Position numbers and translations under genes: made by a program. Positions 47,601 through 60,700 of a stretch of DNA of 64,000 nucleotides are shown piece after piece. Each line of letters begins with the position of its first letter. Positions within the stretch are counted from its first letter, which is position 1. Source of the stretch: Malacoraja senta. Its lineage: Eukaryota. The stretch is taken from assembly GCA_038087875.1 (NCBI GenBank), contig JAXLNO010000352.1, forward strand, positions 1-64,000, in the 5' to 3' direction. The notes under the pieces are model-generated. The model saw only the letters and a list, made by a program, of their open reading frames with translations. It made no database searches and was not told where the DNA came from.

Positions 47601-49742
47601 TGTTGTTAATAATTCCCCTTTAGCTGATTTGACCTTTGGTATAGTATGTTCCTTTTCTCGTTTTTTTAGCTGGCGAGCCAAAAGTTTATGCGGTTTATCC
47701 CCAAATTCAAAGTGCTCTTGTTTTGTAATTTGAAAAAGTCTTATAAGTTTGGCAGATAATAAGTTATTTAATTTAAATTTTAAAATTATTATTTTATTAT
47801 GTTTATCTATTGATGGATCTTTAGCATTATCTATATCCATTTGTCTAATAAGTTCTTCTAACTGTCTTTGTTCATTCTTATTCTTTTTATTTTGAAAAGC
47901 TTGATATGAAATTATAATACCCCTAATGTATGCTTTAAAAGATTCCCAAAGTAAAGTAGGCGATATATCTGAAGTATCATTTGTTTGAAAAAAGACCTGC
48001 ATTTGTTCTTTTAAATATATACTCGCTTGTGGATCTTTTAAAATTTGAGAGTTAAATCTCCAGAATTATTTATTCTTAGACAATCCTTCCAGTTTTAAAA
48101 AGAAAGTTAGTGGAGAATGGTCTGAAATTGAATTTGTATGGTATATTGCATTAGATGTTTGGGGGATTAATTTTGTATCCAGCAGAAAGTAGTCTATACG
48201 TGAGTATGTCTTATGTACCATTGAGTAAAACGAATATTCCCTGCCAGTTGGATTCACAATTCTCCAAACATCTGCTATATTAGTGTTATTTATATAGGTA
48301 TTGAGGACTTCCCCAGTTTTCGATTTCATATTCCCTCTCTGTTTTTGACTTGATTTATCTAAGTACGGATCTAAAACAGAGTTAAAGTCTCCGCCTATTA
48401 TAACATTTTGATAGTTTGACTCTGCAATTATATTGAAGATTTTATTGAAAAAGTGGGGGTTATCAAAGTTAGGGGCATATATATTTACCAAAGTAAGTGG
48501 AGTGTCATGGATTTCTCCATTAACTATTAAGTATCTCCCTTCTATATCTGTTATAATATTCTTTGCTTTAAATGGTATACCTTTTCTTATGATAATTGAC
48601 GTGCCTCTAGATTTTGAAGTAAATGAAGAGTGGTATGTTTGACCTATCCATTTCGCCCTCAACCTAACTTGATCCTGAGGTTTTAGGTGTGTTTCTTGTA
48701 GGAAGGTAATGTCAGAATTGTACATTTTTAGCTGAGCTAATATCTTACCCCTTTTGATAGGTTCGTTAATACCTCTTATATTCCAACTACAAAATGAGAT
48801 TCCTCCTAGGTTCTTTTGTGTGGTGTCATGCATTTTGAATAATTATAGTACCTTTGAATCTTGTGGTGCGTCCATGTCCCAGGTCTTTAGGTATTGGGGG
48901 AGTTTTTGAATTATTAACTTTTGCTGGTATGTCCATTTTACTCTTATCACTAAACACAAAACACAAACAAGTGATTTTATGTGATAAAAAAAACTAAAAA
49001 AGTGATGCTACAGTGTCTGATATTGTCGGCACTGTAGCGAGTGTCCCACCTGTAGGTGGGAAAAAACCTTGTTTTGACTTCCATTGCGTTGTTACTCAAA
49101 TAGCTCCGCTCTCTTAGTTAATCATAACATATTAAAATATTAAAACGAGGCCTCACATTCAGATATATAATACAATTTTACCCTGTTATTTCCTTATAAC
49201 ATATATATATCGGAGTTTAATTATTAAACCAATATTTTTGATTTCAATAAGAATCAACTGTTGGTTGAAGGGGTTAACGAGACGTGCTCCTGGACATAAG
49301 CCAGGAGCTCGTTTCTCATCCCCTCCTCCCGCTTATAGACAAGGTTACAATTTATTAAAAATTCATATTAGTATGTTAGTTCATTATTTTTGTTGTTGTT
49401 AGTATTCTAATCTAACCTGCATAACTTTTTAAGTTGTTAATAGGATAAGTTCTTACAATTGGTTATAATATTTTAATCAATAAGCAATTATTTTCTGATT
49501 CATATTCCAACTGTTAAGTTGTTTACACGTTTTGAACAGAAAATGTCCTTGATTCAACATTCCAGAGATAACAGTGTAACTATCCCCAGACCAAACATAG
49601 CTGAGAATGGTTCGGATCTGCCAAAGCTCCCTTTCATTTCTGTTTTTCAACGATCGTTTGGGCATATTTGAATGCGTTTTCAGGCTTAACAAATGACTTT
49701 TCAAGACCATTAAAGGAAATACGCATTTTCGCGGGATAAAAA
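44614..49742 (-). mobile_element. L1 (second subfamily), 5'-truncated in ORF1, inserted in the satellite
   Basis: Poly-T at 44615; ORF2 45042-48833; ORF1 C-terminal remnant 49634-49742 (FYPAKMRISFNGLEKSFVKPENAFKYAQTIVEKQK*); TSD core GCTTGCTG at 44606-44613 and 49743-49750. Confidence 0.95.
45042..48833 (-). pseudogene. L1 ORF2 with one in-frame TAA at 48066-48068
   Basis: Same 3792-bp length as the intact ORF2; reads LSKNK*FWRFN vs MNKPFWRFN; otherwise open. Confidence 0.93.
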
Positions 49743-52700
49743 GCTTGCTGGTTTTTACGTCACTTTTCGTGTGCTGAATTTTTATCACTTTTCGAGTGCT
49801 GAATGTTTGTCACTTTTCGCATGCTGAATTTTCGTTGCTTTTCGCACGCTGAATTTTCGTCGCTTTTCACGTTCTCAAATTTCATCACTTTTCTCGTGCT
49901 GAATTTTCGTTGCTTTTTACGTCCTGAAAGTTTGTCGCTTTTCGTGTCCTGATGTTTCATCGCTTTTCACATCCTGAAATTACGTCACTTTTCGTGTGCT
50001 GAATTTTCATCGCCTTTCGCGTGCCTCATTTTCATTGCTTTTCGCGTCCCAAATGGTCGTCGCTTTTCGCACGCTGAATTTTCGTCGCTTTTCGCATGCA
50101 GAATTTTTGTCGCTTTATGCGTGCAGAATTTTCGTCGCTTTTCACGTTCTGAAATTTTGTCACTTTTACAAGGCGGAATTTCGTCACTTTTCGCGTCCTG
50201 AAGGTGCGTCACTTTTCTTGTGCTGAATTTTCATCGCTTTTTGCAGGTTGAATTTTCGTCTCTTTTCACGATCTGAAATTTTGTCGCTTTATGCGACCTG
50301 AGGTTTTGTCGCTTTACACGTCCTGAATTTACGTTGCTTTTCATGTGCTGAATTTTCGTCGCGTTACGAGTGCTGAATTTTTGTTGCTTTTCGCATGCTG
50401 AATTTTCGTCATTTTTCATGTACTGAAATGTTGTCGCTTTTCACGTGCTGAGATTTCCGTCGCTTTATGTGTTCTGATGTTTTGGTGCTTTTCATGTGCT
50501 GGATTTACATCACTTTTCGTGTGCTGACTTTTCATCGCTTTTCCCGTGCTGAATTTTTGTCACTTTCGCGTGCTGTATTTTCGTCGCTTTTCATGCGCTG
50601 AATTATCGTCGCTTTTCATGTTCTAATATTTCATCTCTTTTCGCATGTTGAAATTTCGTCGCTTTTTGCATCCTGAAGGTTCGTCGCTTTTCGCCTGCTG
50701 AATTTTTGTCAGTTTACGCGTGCTGAATTTTCGTCGCTTTTCACGTCCTGAAGGTGTGTCGCTTTTCACCTGCTGAATTTTTGTCGCTTTTCACGTCCTG
50801 AATTTTTGTAGCTTTTCGCATGCTGGATTTTCATACAATTCCACGTGCTTCATTTTCGTCACATTTCGCGTTCTTCATTTTCATCGCCTTTTGCAGTTGG
50901 AATTTTCGTCGCTTTTCACGTGCTGAATTTTCATCGTTTTTCTTGTCCTGAAGGTACGTCGCTTTTCCCGTGCTGAATTTTCATCGCTTTTCATGTCCTG
51001 AAGGTTCGTCGCTTTTCACATGCTGAATTTTCGTCGCTTTTCGCGTGCTGAATTTTTGTAGCTTTTCGCATTCTGAATTTTCATTGCTTGTGTGCTGAGT
51101 TTTTGTCACTTTTCACTTCCTGAAGGTTTGTCACTTTTCACGAGCTGAAAATTAGTCGCTTTATGCGTCCTGATGATTAGTCACTTTTCAAGTCGTGAAT
51201 TTTCGTCGCTTTTTGCGTACTTCAATTTCATCACTTTTCGCATCCTGAATTTTTGTCGCTTTTCGCATGCAGAATTATTGTCGCTTTTCGCATTCTCAAA
51301 TTTCGTCACTTTTCTCGTGCTGAATTTTCGTCGCTTTTCACGTGCAGAATTTTCGTCGATTTTCGTGTCCTGAAAGTTGATGAATTTTCGTCACTTTTCA
51401 CGTGCTGAATTTTTGTTGCTTTTCATGTTCTGAAATGTCTTCACATTTCGCGTACTGAATTTTCGTCACTTTTCGCAGGCTGAATTTTCGTCGCTTTTCA
51501 TGTGTTGAAGTTTCGTCGCTTTCTGTCCTTATGTTTTGTTGCTTTTCGCTTGCTGGATTTACGTCACTTTTCGTGTGCTGAATTTTTATCACTTTTCGAG
51601 TGCTGAATTTTTGTCACTTTTCGCATGCTGAATTTTCGTCGCTTTTCGCACGCTGAATTTTCGTCGCTTTTCACGTTCTCAAATTTTATCACTTTTCTTG
51701 TGCTGAATTTTCGTTGCTTTTTACGTCCTGAAAGTTTGTCGCTTTTCATGTCGTGATGTTTCATCACTTTTCGCTTCCTGAAATTACGTCATTTTACGTG
51801 TGCTGAATTTTCATCGCCTTTCGCGTGTCTCATTTTCATTGCTTTTCGCGTCCCGAATGTTCGTCGCTTTTCGCATGCTGAATTTTCCTCGATTTTCACA
51901 TGCTGAATTTTCGTCGCTTTTCACGTGCTGAATTTCGTCCTTTTCGCCCTTTTTGTCCTTTTCGCGTGCTTAATTTTCTTCGCTTTTCACAACCTGGTTT
52001 GTCACTTTTCGTCGCTTTTCGCGTGCTGAATTTTCCTCGCTTTTCGCGAGCTGAATTTTCGTCGCTTTTCATGTTCTCAAATTTCATCTCTTTTCGCATG
52101 TTGAATTTTCGTCGCTTTTCGCATCCTGAAGGTTCGTCGTTTTTCACCTGCTGAATTTTTGTCAGTTTTCACGTGCTGAATTTTTGTTCGTTTTTCACGT
52201 CCTGAAGGTGTGTCGATTTTCGCCTGCTGAATTTTTGTCGCTTTTCATGTGCTGAATTTTTGTAGCTTTTCGTATGCTGGATTTCCGTACAATTACACGT
52301 GCTTCATTTTCGTCACATTTCGCGTTCTTCATTTTCATCGCTTTTTGCAAGTGGAATTTTCGTCACTTTTCACGTGCTGAATTTTCATCGCTTTTCTTGT
52401 CCTGAAGGTACGTCGCTTTTCTCGTGCTTCAATTTCATCACTTTTTGCATCCTGAATTTTTGTTGCTTTTCGCATGCAGAATTTTCGTCGCTTGTAGCAT
52501 TCTCAAATTTCAACACTTTTCTCGTGCTGAATTTTCGTCGCTTTTCACGTCCTGAAGGTTCATAGCTTTTTGCCTGCTGAATTTTCGTCACGTTTCGCGT
52601 GCAGAATTTTCATCGATTTTCGTGTCCTGAAAGTTTATGAATTTTCATCACATTTCACGTGCTGAATTTTCGTCGCTTTTCGCAGGCAGAATTTTCGTCG

Positions 52701-55159
52701 CTTTTCATGTGTTGAAGTTTTGTCGCATTTCCTGTGCAGAGATTTTCGTCACTTTGTGTCCTTATGTTTTGTTGCTTTTCGTTTGCTGGATTTACGTAAC
52801 TTTTCGTGTGCTCAATTTTTTATCACTTTTCGAGTGCTGAATTTTTGTCACTTTTCGCATGCTGAATTTTCGTTGCTTTTTGCGTGCTGAATTTTCGTTG
52901 CTTTTTACATCCTGAAAGTTTGTCGCTTTTCGTGTCCTGATGTTTCATCGCTTTTCGCATCCTGAAATTACGTCACTTTTCGTGTGCTGAATTTTCATCG
53001 CCTTTCGCGTGCCTCATTTTCATTGCTTTTCACGTCCCGAATGATGGTCGCTTTTCGCATGCTGAATTTTCGTCGCTTTTCGCGTGCTGAATTTTTGTAA
53101 CTTTTCGCATGCTCAAGTTTCATCGCTTTTCGCGTGCTGAATTTCCGTCACTTTTTGTGTGCTTAGTTTTTGTCACTTTTCGCTTACTGAAGGTTTGTCA
53201 CTTTTCACGTGCTGAAAATTAGTCGCTTTATGCGTCCTGATGTTTCGTCACTTTTCGCGTCGTGAATTTTCGTCGCTTTTTGCGTGCTTCAATTTCATCA
53301 CTTTTCGCATCCTGAATTTTTGTCGCTTTTCGCATGCAGAATTTTCGTCGCTTTTCGCATTCTCAAATTTCATCACTTTTCTCGTGCTGAATTTTGGTCG
53401 CTTTTCACGTCCTGAAGGTTCGTAGCATTTTGCCTGCTGAATTTTTGTCGCTTTTCACGTGCTGAATTTTTGTAGCTTTTCGTATGCTGGATTTCCGTAC
53501 AATTCCACGTGCTTCATTTTCATCACATTTCGCGTACTTCATTTTCATTGCTTTTTGCAAGTGGAATTTTCGTCACTTTTCACGTGCTGAATTTTCATCG
53601 CTTTTCTTGTCCTGAAGGTACGTAGCTTTTCTCGTGCTTCATTTTCATCACTTTTCGCATCCTGAATTTTTTTCGCTATTCGTATGCTGAATTTTCGTCG
53701 CTTTTCGCGTGCTGAATTTTTGTAGCTTTTCGCATGCTGAATTTTCATCGCTTTTCGCGTGCTGAATTTTCGTCACTTTTTGTGTGCTGAGTTTTTGTCA
53801 CTTTCCGCTTCCTGGTTTGTCACTTTTCACATGCTGAAAATTAGTCGCTTTATGCGTCCTGATGTTTCGTCACTTTTCGCGTCGTGAATTTTTGTCGCTT
53901 TTTGCATGCTTCAATTTCATCACTTTCCGCATCCTGAATTTTTGTCGCTTTTAGCATGCAGAATTTTCGTCGCTTTTTGCATTCTCAAATTTCATCACTT
54001 TTCTCGTGCTGAATTTTCGTCGCTTTTCACGTGCTGAAGGTTCGTAGCTTTTTGCCTGCTGAATTTTCATCACTTTTCGCATGCAGAATTTTCGTCGATT
54101 TCCGTGTCCTGAAAGTTTATGAATTTTTGTCACTTTTCGCGTGCTGAATTTTTGTCGCTTTTCATGTTCTGCAATGTCTTCACATTTCGCATGCTGAATT
54201 TTCATCGCTTTTCGCGTGCTGAATTTTCGTCACTTTTTGTGTGCTGAGTTTTTGTCACTTTTCGCTTCCTGAAGGTTTGTCACTTTTCACGTGCTGAAAA
54301 TTAGTCGCTTTATGCGTCCTGATGTTTCGTCACTTTTCGCGTCGTGAATTTTCGTCGCTTTTTGCGTGCTTCAATTTCATCACTTTTTGCATCCTGAATT
54401 TTTGTCGCTTTTCGCATGCAGAATTTTCGTCGCTTTTCGCATTCTCAAATTTCATCACTTTTCTCGTGCTGAATTTTGAATTGTTCATGTCCTGAATTTT
54501 CGTCGCCTTTCGCGTGCTTCATTTTCATCGCCTTTAGCGTGCTTCATTTTCAGAACTTTTCGCGTACTGAAGGTTCATCGCTTTTGGCATGCTGAATTTT
54601 CGTCGCTTTTCCAGTGCTTCATTTTCATCACTTTTCGCGTCCAGAAGGTTCGTCCCTTTTCACATGCTGAATTTTCGTCGATTTCCGCATGCTGAATTAT
54701 CGTCACTTTTCATGTGCTGAATTTTCGTCACTTTTCACGTTCTGAAATTCCGTCACTTTTCGCATGCTGAATTTTCGTCACTTTTCGCAAGCAGAATTTT
54801 TGTTGCTTTTTTACGTGTTTCATTTTCATCACTTTACGTGTCCTGAATGTTCGTCACTTTTCACGTGCTGAATTTTTGTCGCTTTTCGCAGGCTAAGCTT
54901 TCGTCGTTTTTCACGTGCTGTATTTTCATCACTTCGCATGCTAAATATTCGTCGCTTTTCGCATGCTGAATTTTTGTCGCCTTTCGCAAGCTGAATTTTC
55001 ATTGCTTTTCGCGTGCTTCATTTTCATTACTTTTCGTGTCCTGAAGGTTCGTCGCTTTTCGCATGGTGAAGTTTCGTCGCTTTTCACGTCCTGAATTTAC
55101 GTCACTTTTCATGTGCTGAAATTCTGTTGCTTTGCACGTGCTGAAATTTTCGTCGCTTT

Positions 55160-55351
55160 ATAATAATAATAATAATGAATTTTATTTACGGGCGCCTTAT
55201 ACCGAGGTCTCAAGGACACCTTACAGAGATTTATAGGAAACATATAATCAGAATAAACAAAATAAGTTATAAAGACCAATACACAAATCAGGGACAGAAT
55301 TCCTTCCAAAAAACACAAAAAAGAAAATCAGAAGCACAATTTGAGGAGAGC
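55160..55351 (-). mobile_element. L2-type LINE/SINE 3' tail inserted in the satellite
   Basis: Minus strand ctgtaaggtgtccttgagacctcggtataaggcgcccgtaaataaaattc(att)n resembles the conserved L2 3' end. Confidence 0.75.
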
Positions 55352-57733
55352 CTGCTGAATATTCATCACATTTTGCGTACTGAAATTTCATCGCTTTTCA
55401 CGTTCTGAAATTTTGTCACTTTTCGCGTGCTGAATTTTCGTCGCTTTTTGCATCCTGAAGATTCGTCGCATTTCGCCTGCTGAATTTTCCTCACTTTTCG
55501 CGTTCTGAATTGTTGTCACTTTTCACAGGCTGAGTTTTCGTCGCATTTCACGTGCTGTATTTTTGTCACTTTTTGTATGCTGAATTTTCGTCGCCTTTCG
55601 CGTGTTTCATTTTCATCGCCTTTTATCACTTTTTGCACCCTGAAGGTTCTCCGCTTTTCGCATGCTGAAGTTTCGTCGCTTTTCGCGTGCTGAATTTTGT
55701 CACTTTTCATGTTGTGAAATGTCGTCTCTTTTCACCTGCTGAAATTCCTCGCTTTTCGCGTGCTGAATTTTCATCGCTTTTCGCAGGCTGAATTTTCATC
55801 ACTTTTCAATGTGCTGAAATTTTGTCACTTTTCTCGTGCTGAGATTTTCGTCGCTTTGTGTTCTTATGTTTTGTTGCTTTTCGCTTGCTGGATTTACGTC
55901 GCTTTCCGTGTGCTGAATTTTCATCACTTTTCCAGTGCTGAATTTTTGTCACTTTTTGCATGCTGAATTTTCGTCGCTTTTCGCGCGCTGAATTTTCGTC
56001 GCTTTTCACGTTCTCAAATTTCATCACTTTTCTCGTGCTGAATTTTCGTCGCTTTTCATGTCCCGAAGGTTCGTCGCTTTTCGTGTCTTGATATTTCATC
56101 GCTTTTCGCATCCTGAAATTACGTCACTTTTCGTGTGCTGAATTTTCATCGACTTTCTCGTGCCTCATTTTAATTGCTTTTTGTGTCCTGAATGGTAGTC
56201 GCTTTTTGCATGCTGAATTTTCGTCCCTTTTCACGTGCTGAATTTTCGTCGCTTTTCGCGTGCTGAATTTTAGTCGCTTTTCACGTCCTCAAGGTTCGTT
56301 GCTTTCCTCATGCAGAATTTTCGTTGCTTTTCACGTGCTGAATTTTCGTCGCTTTTCGCGTGCTGAATTTGTCGCTTTTCACGTCCTCAAGGTTCGTTGC
56401 TTTTCTCATGCTGAATTTCCGTTGCTTTTCACGTGCTGAATTTTCGTCGCTTTTCGTGTGCTGAATTTTCGTCGCTTTTCACGTTCTCAAATGTCATCAC
56501 TTTTCCCATGCTGAATTTTCAGCGCTTTTCACATTCTGGTTTGTCGCTTTTCGCCTACTGAATTTTCGTCACTTGTCGCGTGCAGAATTTTCGTCGATTT
56601 TCGTGTCCTGAAAGTTCTTCGCATTTCACGTCCTGAAATTTCATCACTTTATGGGTCCTGATGTTTCAGCGCTTTTCGCATCCTGAAATTACGTCACTTT
56701 TCGTGTGCTGTATTTTTCTTGCCTTTCGCGAGCTTCATTTTCATTGCATTTCACGTCCAGAATGCTGAATGCTGCTGAATTGCATGCTGAATTTTCGTTG
56801 CATTTCGCATGCTGAATTTGTGTAGCTTTTCGCATGCTGAAATTTTGTCGCATTTCGTGTGCTGAATTTTCGTCGCTTTTCGCTTCCTGATGGTTCGTCA
56901 CTTTTCACGTGCTGAAAATTAGTCACTTTATGTGTCCTGATGTTTCGTGGCTTTTCGCGTCCTGAATTTAAGTCATTTTTCATGTGCTGAATTTTCGTCG
57001 CTTTACGTGTGCTGAATTTTTGTCGCTTTTCGCATGCTGAATTTTCGTCGCTTTTCCCCAGCTTCCTTTTCATCACTTTTCGCGTCCTGAAAATTCATCG
57101 GTTTTCGCATGCAGAATTTTTGTCGCTTTTCGCATGCTGAATTTTCGTCACTTTTCGCGTGCTGAATTTTCATTGATTTTCGCGTGCTGAATTTTTGTTG
57201 CTTTTCGCAGGCTGAATTTTCGTTGCTTTTCATGTGCTGAAATTTTGTCGCCTTTCACGTCCTGAAATTTCATCGCTTTATGCGTCCTGATGTTTCATCA
57301 CTTTTCGCATACTGAATTTTCGTCGCTTTTCCAGTGCATCATTTTCATCGCTTTTCACGTTCTAAAATTTCGTCACTTTTCGTGTGCTGAATTTTCAGCG
57401 CTTTTCGCGTCCTGAAGGTTCATCACTTTTGTCATGCTGAATTTTCATCGCTTTTCGCAGGCTGACTTTTCGTCGCTTTTCACGTGCTGTATTTTTGCCA
57501 CTTTTCACATTCAGAATTTTCGTTGCTTTTCACGTGCTGAAGTTTCGTCGCTTTTCGCATGCTGAAGTTTCGTCGCTTGTCGCGACCTGAATTTACGTCG
57601 CTTTTCGTGTGCTGCATTTACGTCGCTTTTCGCGTGCTTCATTTTCATCACTTTTCGCATACTGGGTTCGTTGCTTTTAGCATGGTAAATTTTCGTCGCT
57701 TTTCGCATCATGAGGGTTCGTCGTTTTTCACAT

Positions 57734-60700
57734 GCTGAATTTTCGTTGAATTTCGCATGCTGAATTTTCGTCGCTTTTCGCGTGCTGAATTTTCGTCGCT
57801 GGCTGAATTTTCCTCGCTTTTCATGTGATGAAATTTTGTCGCTTTGCATGTGCTGACATTTGCGCAGGCTGATTTTTCGTAGATTTTCGTGTGCTGAAGT
57901 TTCGTCGCTTTTCACATCATGAATTTACTTCGCTTTTCATGTGCTGAATTATCGTTGCATTTCGCGTGTTTCATTTTCATCACTTTTCGCATACTGAAGG
58001 TTCATCGCTTTTCGCATGCTGAATTTTCGTCGCTTTTCCAGTGCTTCATTTTCATCGCTTTTCGCGTCCTGAAAGTTTGTCGCTTTTCGCATGCTGAATT
58101 TTCGTCGATTTTCGCATGCTGAATTTTCATCACTTTTCGCGTACTGAATTTTCATCGCTTTTCACGTTCTGAAATTTCGTCACTTTTCTTGTGCTGAATT
58201 TTCATCGCTTTTCGCGTCCTGAAGGTTCATCACTTTTGTCGTGCTGAATTTTGATCACTTTCGCAGGCTGAGTTTTCGTCGCTTTTCATGTGCTATGATT
58301 TTGTCACTTTTCACGCTGAATTTTCGTTGCTTTTCAGGTGCTGAAGTTTCGTCGATTTTCACATGCTGAAGTTTCGTCGCTTTTCGCGACCTGAATTTAC
58401 GTCGCTTTTCGTGTGCTGAATTTTTGTCACTTTTCGCGTGCTTCATTTTCATCACTTTTCGCATACTGGGTTCGTTGCTTTTAGCATGGTAAATTTACGT
58501 CGATTTTCCTGTACTTCATTTTCGCGTACTTCATTATATGTCCCGACGTTTTGTTGCTTTTCACGTCCTGAATTTACGTTGATTTATGTGTGCTGAATTT
58601 TCATCGCTTTTTGCATTCAGTATTTTTGTAGATTTTCGCAAGCTAAATTTTCGTCACTTTTTGCGTGCTGAATTTTCGTCGCTTTTCACGTTCTGAAATG
58701 TCATCAATTTTTGCATGCTGAATTTTCGTCGTTTTTTGCGTGCTGAATTTTTGTCGCTTTTCGCATGTTGAATTTTCGTCGCTTTTCGCATCCTGAAGAT
58801 TCGTTGCATTTCGCCTGCTGAATTTTGCTCACTTTTCGCGTGCTGAATTTTCGTCGATTTTCGTGTCCTGAAAGCTCTTCACTTTTCATATGCTGAATTT
58901 TTTATCACTTTGCGCAGGCTAATATTTCATCGAATTTCCCGTGCTTCAATTTCATCGCTTTTCGCATCCTGAAGGTTCGTCACTTTTCACGTGCTGTATT
59001 TTCGTCACTTTTCGCATGCTGAATATTCGTCGCTTTACGCGTGATGAATTTTTGTAGCTATTCGCAAGCTGAATTTTCATCGCTTTTCCTGTGCTTCATT
59101 TTCATCGCTTTTCGTGTACTGAAGTTTCTTCACTCTTCGCGTGCTGAAGTTTCGTCGCTTTTCGAATGCTGAATTTTCGTCGCCTTTCGCGTGTTTCATT
59201 TTCATCGCCTTTCGCGTGCTTTATTTTCATCACTTTTCGCGTCCTGAAGTTTCGTCGCTTTTCACATGCTGAAGATTCGTCGCTTTTCACGTCCTGAATT
59301 TTTGTCACTTTTCACGTGCTGATATTTTCGTCGCTTTATGCCCCTGAATTTACGTTGCTTTTTGTGTGTGAATTTTTATCGCTTTTTGCGTGCTGAATTT
59401 TCGTTGCCTTTCGCGTGCTTCATTTTCATCACCTTTCACTTGCTTCATTTTCATCGCCTTTTGCGTACTTCATTTTCATCACTTTTCGCGTCCTGAAGGT
59501 TTGTCGCTTTTCGCGTCCTGAATTTACGTCGCTTTTTATGTGTTGAATTATCGTCGCTTTTCGCGTGTTTCATTTTCATCACTTTTCGCATACCAGAAGG
59601 TTCGTCGCTTTTCGCATACTGAATTTTCGTCGCTTTTCCAGTGCTTCACTTTCATCGCTTTTCGCATCATGATGGTTCATCGCTTTTCGAATACTGAATT
59701 TTCGTCGAGTTTCACATGCTGAATTTTCATCACTTTTCGCGTGCTGAATTTTCGTCGCTTTTCACGTTCTGAAATTTCTTCACTTTTCGCGTGCTTAATT
59801 TTCGTCGCTTTCCGCATGCTGAATTTTCGTCGCTTTTCCCGTGCTTCATTTTCATCGCTTTTTCCGTCCTGAAGGTTCGTCACTTCATGCCCCTGAATTT
59901 ACGTTGCTTTTTGTGTGTGAATTTTTATCGCTTTTTGCGTGCTGAATTTTCATCACTTTTCGCATCCTGAAGATTCGTCGCATTTCGCCTGCTAAATTTT
60001 CTTCACTTTTTGCATGCTGCATTTTCGTCAATTTTCGTGTCCTGAGAGCTCGTCACTTTTCATGTGCTGAATTTTTATCGCTTTGTGCAGGCTGATTTTT
60101 CGTTGATTTTCGTGTGCTGAAATTTTGTCGCTTTTCACATCCTGAAATATCGTCGCTTTATGCATGCTGAATTTTCGTCGCCTTTCGTGTGCTTTATTTT
60201 CATCACCTTTCACGTGCTTCATTTTCATCGCCTTTCGCGTTCTTCATTTACATCACTTTTCGCGTCCTGAAGGTTCGTCGCTTTTCGCATGCTGAAGTTT
60301 CGTCGCTTTTCGCATCATGAATTTACTTCGCTTTTCATGTGCTGAATTATTGTCGCTTTTCGCGTGTTTCATTTTCATCACTTTTCGCATACTGAAGGTT
60401 CGTTGTTTTTCGCATGCTGAATTTATGTCGCTTTTCCAGTGCTTCATTTTCATCGCTTTTCGCGTCCTGAAGGTTCGGCGCTTTTCGCATGATGAATTTT
60501 CGTCGATTTTCGCATGCTGAATTTTCGTCACTTTCCGCGTGCTGAATTTTCGTCGCTTTTCACGTTCTGAAATTTCTTCACTTTTCGCATGCTTAATTTT
60601 CGTCGCTTTTCTCGTGCTGAATTTTCGTCGTGTTTCCCATGCTGAATTTTCATCTGTTTTCTCTTTCTGAAACTTCGTTACTTTTCGCGTGCTAAATTTA

